Source: Octopus bimaculoides (taxonomy: Eukaryota). Taken from it: a stretch of DNA of 49,831 nucleotides. The position numbers and the translations under genes were made by a program. The DNA lies in contig NC_068990.1 in assembly GCF_001194135.2 (NCBI RefSeq), forward strand, positions 85,054,246-85,104,076, in the 5' to 3' direction. Positions 46,033 through 49,831 of the stretch are shown in pieces (the first letter of the stretch is position 1; each line of letters begins with the position of its first letter). The notes below the pieces were generated by a model, which had not been told where the DNA came from, made no database searches, and saw nothing but the letters and a program-made list of their open reading frames with translations.

Positions 46033-46585
46033 CCATATATTCAAGGAAGCTGAAATACAAACTTCGTTGGAAAGATGAATGCTAAATGCTTTAAATGTGA
46101 TACAAAAAGTGTTGGTTTAAGAAAAGGATTTCAAGCAGCTTGCAAACAGATACTATATTCAATTTGTGTTGTGTAAATGGACAGTTGGTGCCACCGTCAA
46201 TCTTAGATACATTTTCAGAGCTGGAAGAACTCTCAACTTATGTAAAGTTTATCATCTTCACATCCAGCACCAGGACTTACAAATCAGTAGCTCTCACATG
46301 CACAAAGATAACAAGCATTAAGGAGAACAATTCAAATACCATCCTATTCATAAAATACACAGTCAAGTGTTTTGATTTAATTCGCTCCGAAAAAAATCAA
46401 GGACCAGCGTTTTCTTGAATACTTTTAAATTGGATCGATGGATGCAATATTCAACACGTAACAGAAAAACATCAATAAAAGAAAAAAATCAAACAGAAAG
46501 ATTTACAAACAAAAGCGGAAGTCTTCCTTGTATATACATACACACTCAGACGAAGGCCAACTGCATCAATCTCGCCATGTCATAG

Positions 46586-46626
46586 TCATGAGCGAAAGAC
46601 ATGGTCGTAGTGTCTTTCGCTCATGA
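46586..46626. other. Perfect 16-bp inverted repeat with 9-nt loop
   Basis: tcatgagcgaaagaca - tggtcgtag - tgtctttcgctcatga. Confidence 0.95.
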
Positions 46627-46638
46627 GTAAGCCATAAG

Positions 46639-46642
<4 letters not shown>

Positions 46643-46701
<59 letters not shown>
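46643..46701. repeat. (CG)n-(CA)n microsatellite
   Basis: Directly visible. Confidence 0.95.
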
Positions 46702-46704
<3 letters not shown>

Positions 46705-47058
46705 TGATACAAATGCTCAAAACGAAGAAAGAAATCTACATAGGAAAAGAGAACGAAATATCAACTCCAAAATTCACGTGTGCACTTGACCCCACAACCA
46801 CCATTAACATTGCACACACGCGCATGCACGCATTCACTCTCTTTTCCTCTGTCTGTCTGTCTCTCAAACACACATACACACACAACCATATACGTACCCC
46901 TCTCTCCAAACTAAACCACTTTCATCCTTCTCCCCCCACCTCACACACAATTAGATTATTCTCTCTGCCTTTCTTTCATTCTCGCTTCCTTTCTTCCTAA
47001 TTTTAATTTCTTTTGTATCTGTGAATCTGTATCTGTCTGTGTGTCTGCCAGTATATTC

Positions 47059-47111
<53 letters not shown>

Positions 47112-47147
47112 NNNNNNNNNNNNNNNNNNNNNNNNNNNNNNNNNNNN

Positions 47148-47198
<51 letters not shown>

Positions 47199-47477
47199 TA
47201 CAGCCTTGGCCAAAAGTATTAGGCCACCCCCAATGTTTTGGGGTTCTGCTATCTCAATGTTAATGAAACTCGTGCGCATGGTAGATTATGGTGTATTTCA
47301 CAATATGCATTAGTTTTAATATCTGGTTGACCCTCCTTTAGTTATCGCTTTTATACTGTACTGTACTTATGCAACCAATTATGAGTTAGACCAACGTCCA
47401 AAATTAACTTATGTTTCCTTGATTATTTCAGAGTTTTATGCTAAAATACGTTGTAGATACGGCTAATAAACAGCAAA

Positions 47478-48294
47478 ATGCCTAAAAGAAGGAAGTTGAG
47501 TGAGTGTGAGCGAGGTCAAATCGTAGCTCATCATGAAGATGGAATGTTTCAAAGACAAATTGCCCAGAAGATGAAATGTTCTCGACGTGCAGTGCAAACG
47601 ACTCACAAGCGCTTCAGAGAGACAAAAGATGTGAAGACAATGCAAAGAACAAGGTAGAAAAAAGGTTACATCACCTCGTGATGACAGAGCCATCATCCAT
47701 CAGTCACTCAGAAACAGGAGAAAAACATCGTTGGAGCTCAGTATGGACTTCAACGAGGCAAGTACTTCACAAATATCAACCAGAACTGTTAGAAGAAGGC
47801 TTGTAGAGTACGGTCTGAAAGGCTGTAGAGCCAGGAAGAAGCCATAGGTTTCTGAAGTGAATATAGAAAAACGTCTTCAGTGGGCCAAAAACCGCTCAAA
47901 TTGGACCGGTGAGGAATGGTCGAAAGTAATATGGTCTGATGAAAGTAACTATGAGGTAAGATAGTACATGTATTCAATCAACATATAAACTTAATGTAAC
48001 TGGTTTGTTGCCCAAAATATATATAAAAAAAGCACCCAACATATAGCTAATATTATTTTTCATGTTTTTACTCAGGTTTTCAGTACATCTGGTGCAACTT
48101 TCGTGCGTCGCAGAGTTGGGAAAGCATTTAAGGCTGAATGTCTGGTACCAACCGTAAAACATGGGGGTGGTTCTATCATGGTGTCAGCCTGCATGTCTGC
48201 TACAGGATCCGAAGAAGTGTTAGGGAAGTATGAATTCAGCTACCAATGTTTCTATGTTATCGGATGTTTTAGAGCCATCAATTGCTAAATTGCT
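47478..48294 (+). pseudogene. Decayed intron-containing Tc1 transposase (exon 1 47478-47955, exon 2 48076-~48294)
   Basis: MPKRRKLSECERGQIV...QRQIAQKMKCSRRAVQ (HTH), GRKKVTSPRDDR, ARKKP*, RLQWAK...W..EEWSKVIWSDESNYE | VFSTSGATFVRRR...PTVKHGGGSIMV...GSMNS..SMLSDVLEPSIAKL. Frameshifts near 47652 and ~48220; TAG at 47845-47847. Confidence 0.92.
47956..48075 (+). other. 120-nt phase-0 GT-AG spliceosomal intron inside the Tc1 transposase
   Basis: Donor GAG|gtaaga, branch-like ctaat at 48047-48051, pyrimidine tract, acceptor ttttactcag|GTT. Removal restores a continuous WSDESNYE-VFSTSGATFVRRR. Confidence 0.85.
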
Positions 48295-48310
48295 GAATTG
48301 CATCCAGGAG

Positions 48311-48379
48311 CGTCGCCATCTCTTCAGTTATCTGGCCATCGAAAAATGCTAATGGCAGATAACTGAAGAGATAGCGGCG
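48311..48379. other. 24-bp inverted repeat (22/24) with short spacer
   Basis: cgtcgccatctcttcagttatctg at 48311-48334 and cagataactgaagagatagcggcg at 48356-48379. Confidence 0.9.
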
Positions 48380-48986
48380 TGGGTTTCCACCCCGACATCC
48401 GAAAATCGGAGTTTTATCATGGTTACCGAATAATTGTCACATATTATTTACAGATAAATTCCTCTATTTACATAATATCGAGGTCTCATTCTTTCTTTTG
48501 TTGTCTTACCTTTTCTATCAATATATATATATANNNNNNNNNNNNNNNNNNNNNNNNNNNNNNNNNNNNNNNNNNNNNNNNNNNNNNNNNNNNNNNNNNN
48601 NNNNNNNNNNNNNNNNNNNNNNNNNNNNNNNNNNNNNNNNNNNNNNNNNNNNNNNNNNNNNNNNNNNNNNNNNNNNNNNNNNNNNNNNNNNNNNNNNNNN
48701 NNNNNNNNNNNNNNNNNNNNNNNNNNNNNNNNNNNNNNNNNNNNNNNNNNNNNNNNNNNNNNNNNNNNNNNNNNNNNNNNNNNNNNNNNNNNNNNNNNNN
48801 NNNNNNNNNNNNNNNNNNNNNNNNNNNNNNNNNNNNNNNNNNNNNNNNNNNNNNNNNNNNNNNNNNNNNNNNNNNNNNNNNNNNNNNNNNNNNNNNNNNN
48901 NNNNTATATATACATATATATGTATGTGTGTATAGATATATATATACGCATTCATGCACAGGAACATATATATACGTATATATGTG

Positions 48987-49026
<40 letters not shown>

Positions 49027-49309
49027 TATGCATATGCATATCTCCATACACACGTGCGCGCGCGCATATATGTCTGACTTCCACGTTATAAGATTCTCCA
49101 TGTGATATTCCCACCTCTTTATTAATCTCTAGATTAGCTCTTGAAAAGTTTTAACTCTATTATCAACAACGGCCCACTTCCCACTTCCCCCCAACTGAAA
49201 CCTCGAACCGCCATATTCCTAACACCTAACTAAATAAACACCCACCCACTCCCCTCACCCTTAAACAACAAAAATAAACAATTTTGAACACTTTCGCATT
49301 AATACAAAT

Positions 49310-49810
49310 TTACATGCACACACAAATATACGAACAGTAACATAAACGTAATATTCGTACACACACACACACACACACACGTACACACACGCATGCACAC
49401 ACACACAAAGCTATTCTCATATTAGTATTTCTTATAGAAAATATCATATCCAAACACACACTCAAACATACACACACACACACACACGCACACACACACA
49501 TACAAAGAAGCACAAAAAGTATGTACACACAAGCGCGCACAGAAACATTCATAAAACTATACACACTCATAAATACACTTGTATACATACATAGATGCAT
49601 ACATGCATACATACATGCATGCATACATACATATATACATACATACATAGTGCATACAGACATACATATATGCATAACATACGCATACATATATACATAT
49701 ACAGATGCATACATAAATAAATACATACATGCATAGACACATATATACATATACAGACGCATACATACATACATACATACATATATACATATATACATGC
49801 ATACATACAT
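49310..49810. repeat. Compound (CA)n/(CATA)n low-complexity tract
   Basis: Directly visible. Confidence 0.9.
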
Positions 49811-49831
49811 ACTTAGACGTATTCATAAAGA

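Larger units (their letters stand above)
47201..48294 (+). mobile_element. Tc1-like DNA transposon, left TIR plus 5' two-thirds, 3'-truncated
   Basis: TA|cagccttggccaaaagtattaggccacc is a Tc1-type terminus, followed by a decayed transposase. Confidence 0.92.
1043..48904. other. Assembly gaps (N runs, ~7.5 kb total) scattered through this span
   Basis: N runs at about 1043-1366, 2315-2738, 9655-10073, 16451-17277, 18936-19706, 22503-22570, 23277-23363, 26504-27215, 29915-30500, 31519-31528, 34976-35879, 36584-37210, 38050-38059, 38320-38445, 40777-40930, 42533-42615, 43964-44740, 45310-45491, 47112-47147 and 48534-48904. Most are flanked by (AT)n or (CA)n, consistent with short-read collapse at microsatellites. 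Confidence 0.97.

Noticed and set aside
46140-46418. Unique-sequence ORFs as host exons (also 39267-39533, 15381-15608, 12292-12621)
   Set aside because: No recognisable domain and no convincing paired splice sites. ORFs under 110 aa are expected by chance, and 12292-12621 runs through a repeat fragment.
876-49114. All long ORFs in the track that span N runs (e.g. 16239-17339, 34676-35944, 43778-44767)
   Set aside because: Their length comes from translated Ns (X), and the flanks are (AT)n or (CA)n. Only the 17278-17452 part is real coding remnant (Tc1).
5090-49826. Low-complexity ORFs (poly-HT, YI, CV, poly-L/N/Y/R/S/T, HHTAH repeats)
   Set aside because: These are direct translations of microsatellites, open on both strands, with no domain or splice context.

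Overview
This window is eukaryotic, AT-rich, non-coding DNA from a fragmented draft assembly. About 7.5 kb (~15%) is N, in ~20 gaps that mostly abut (AT)n or (CA)n runs. I found no host protein-coding exon, no true tRNA or rRNA gene and no CRISPR array. The supplied ORFs are nearly all gap or microsatellite artefacts. The window is a mosaic of microsatellites, at least five tRNA-headed SINE families (several copies with clean 8-17 bp target-site duplications), two decayed RTE-type LINE ORF2 fragments, two decayed Tc1 transposases, several MITEs (mariner, Tc1, Tigger/pogo, hAT), a Helentron/DINE-1-like element and a repeat family with a hammerhead-like motif. The repeat set looks like that of an octopus (coleoid cephalopod) genome; this is recognition from memory, not a database result, so SINE families are labelled A, D, E, F, G here. 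Most interesting signals: (1) a Tc1 transposase split just after its first catalytic Asp by a 120-nt GT-AG spliceosomal intron; (2) three copies of a Penelope-type minimal hammerhead-like motif with a 3-nt-expanded core; (3) a tRNA-headed SINE with an inverted head and a Penelope-like tail; (4) a DD36E Tc1 fragment; (5) modular, dimeric and self-clustering SINEs; (6) several unexplained long hairpins.
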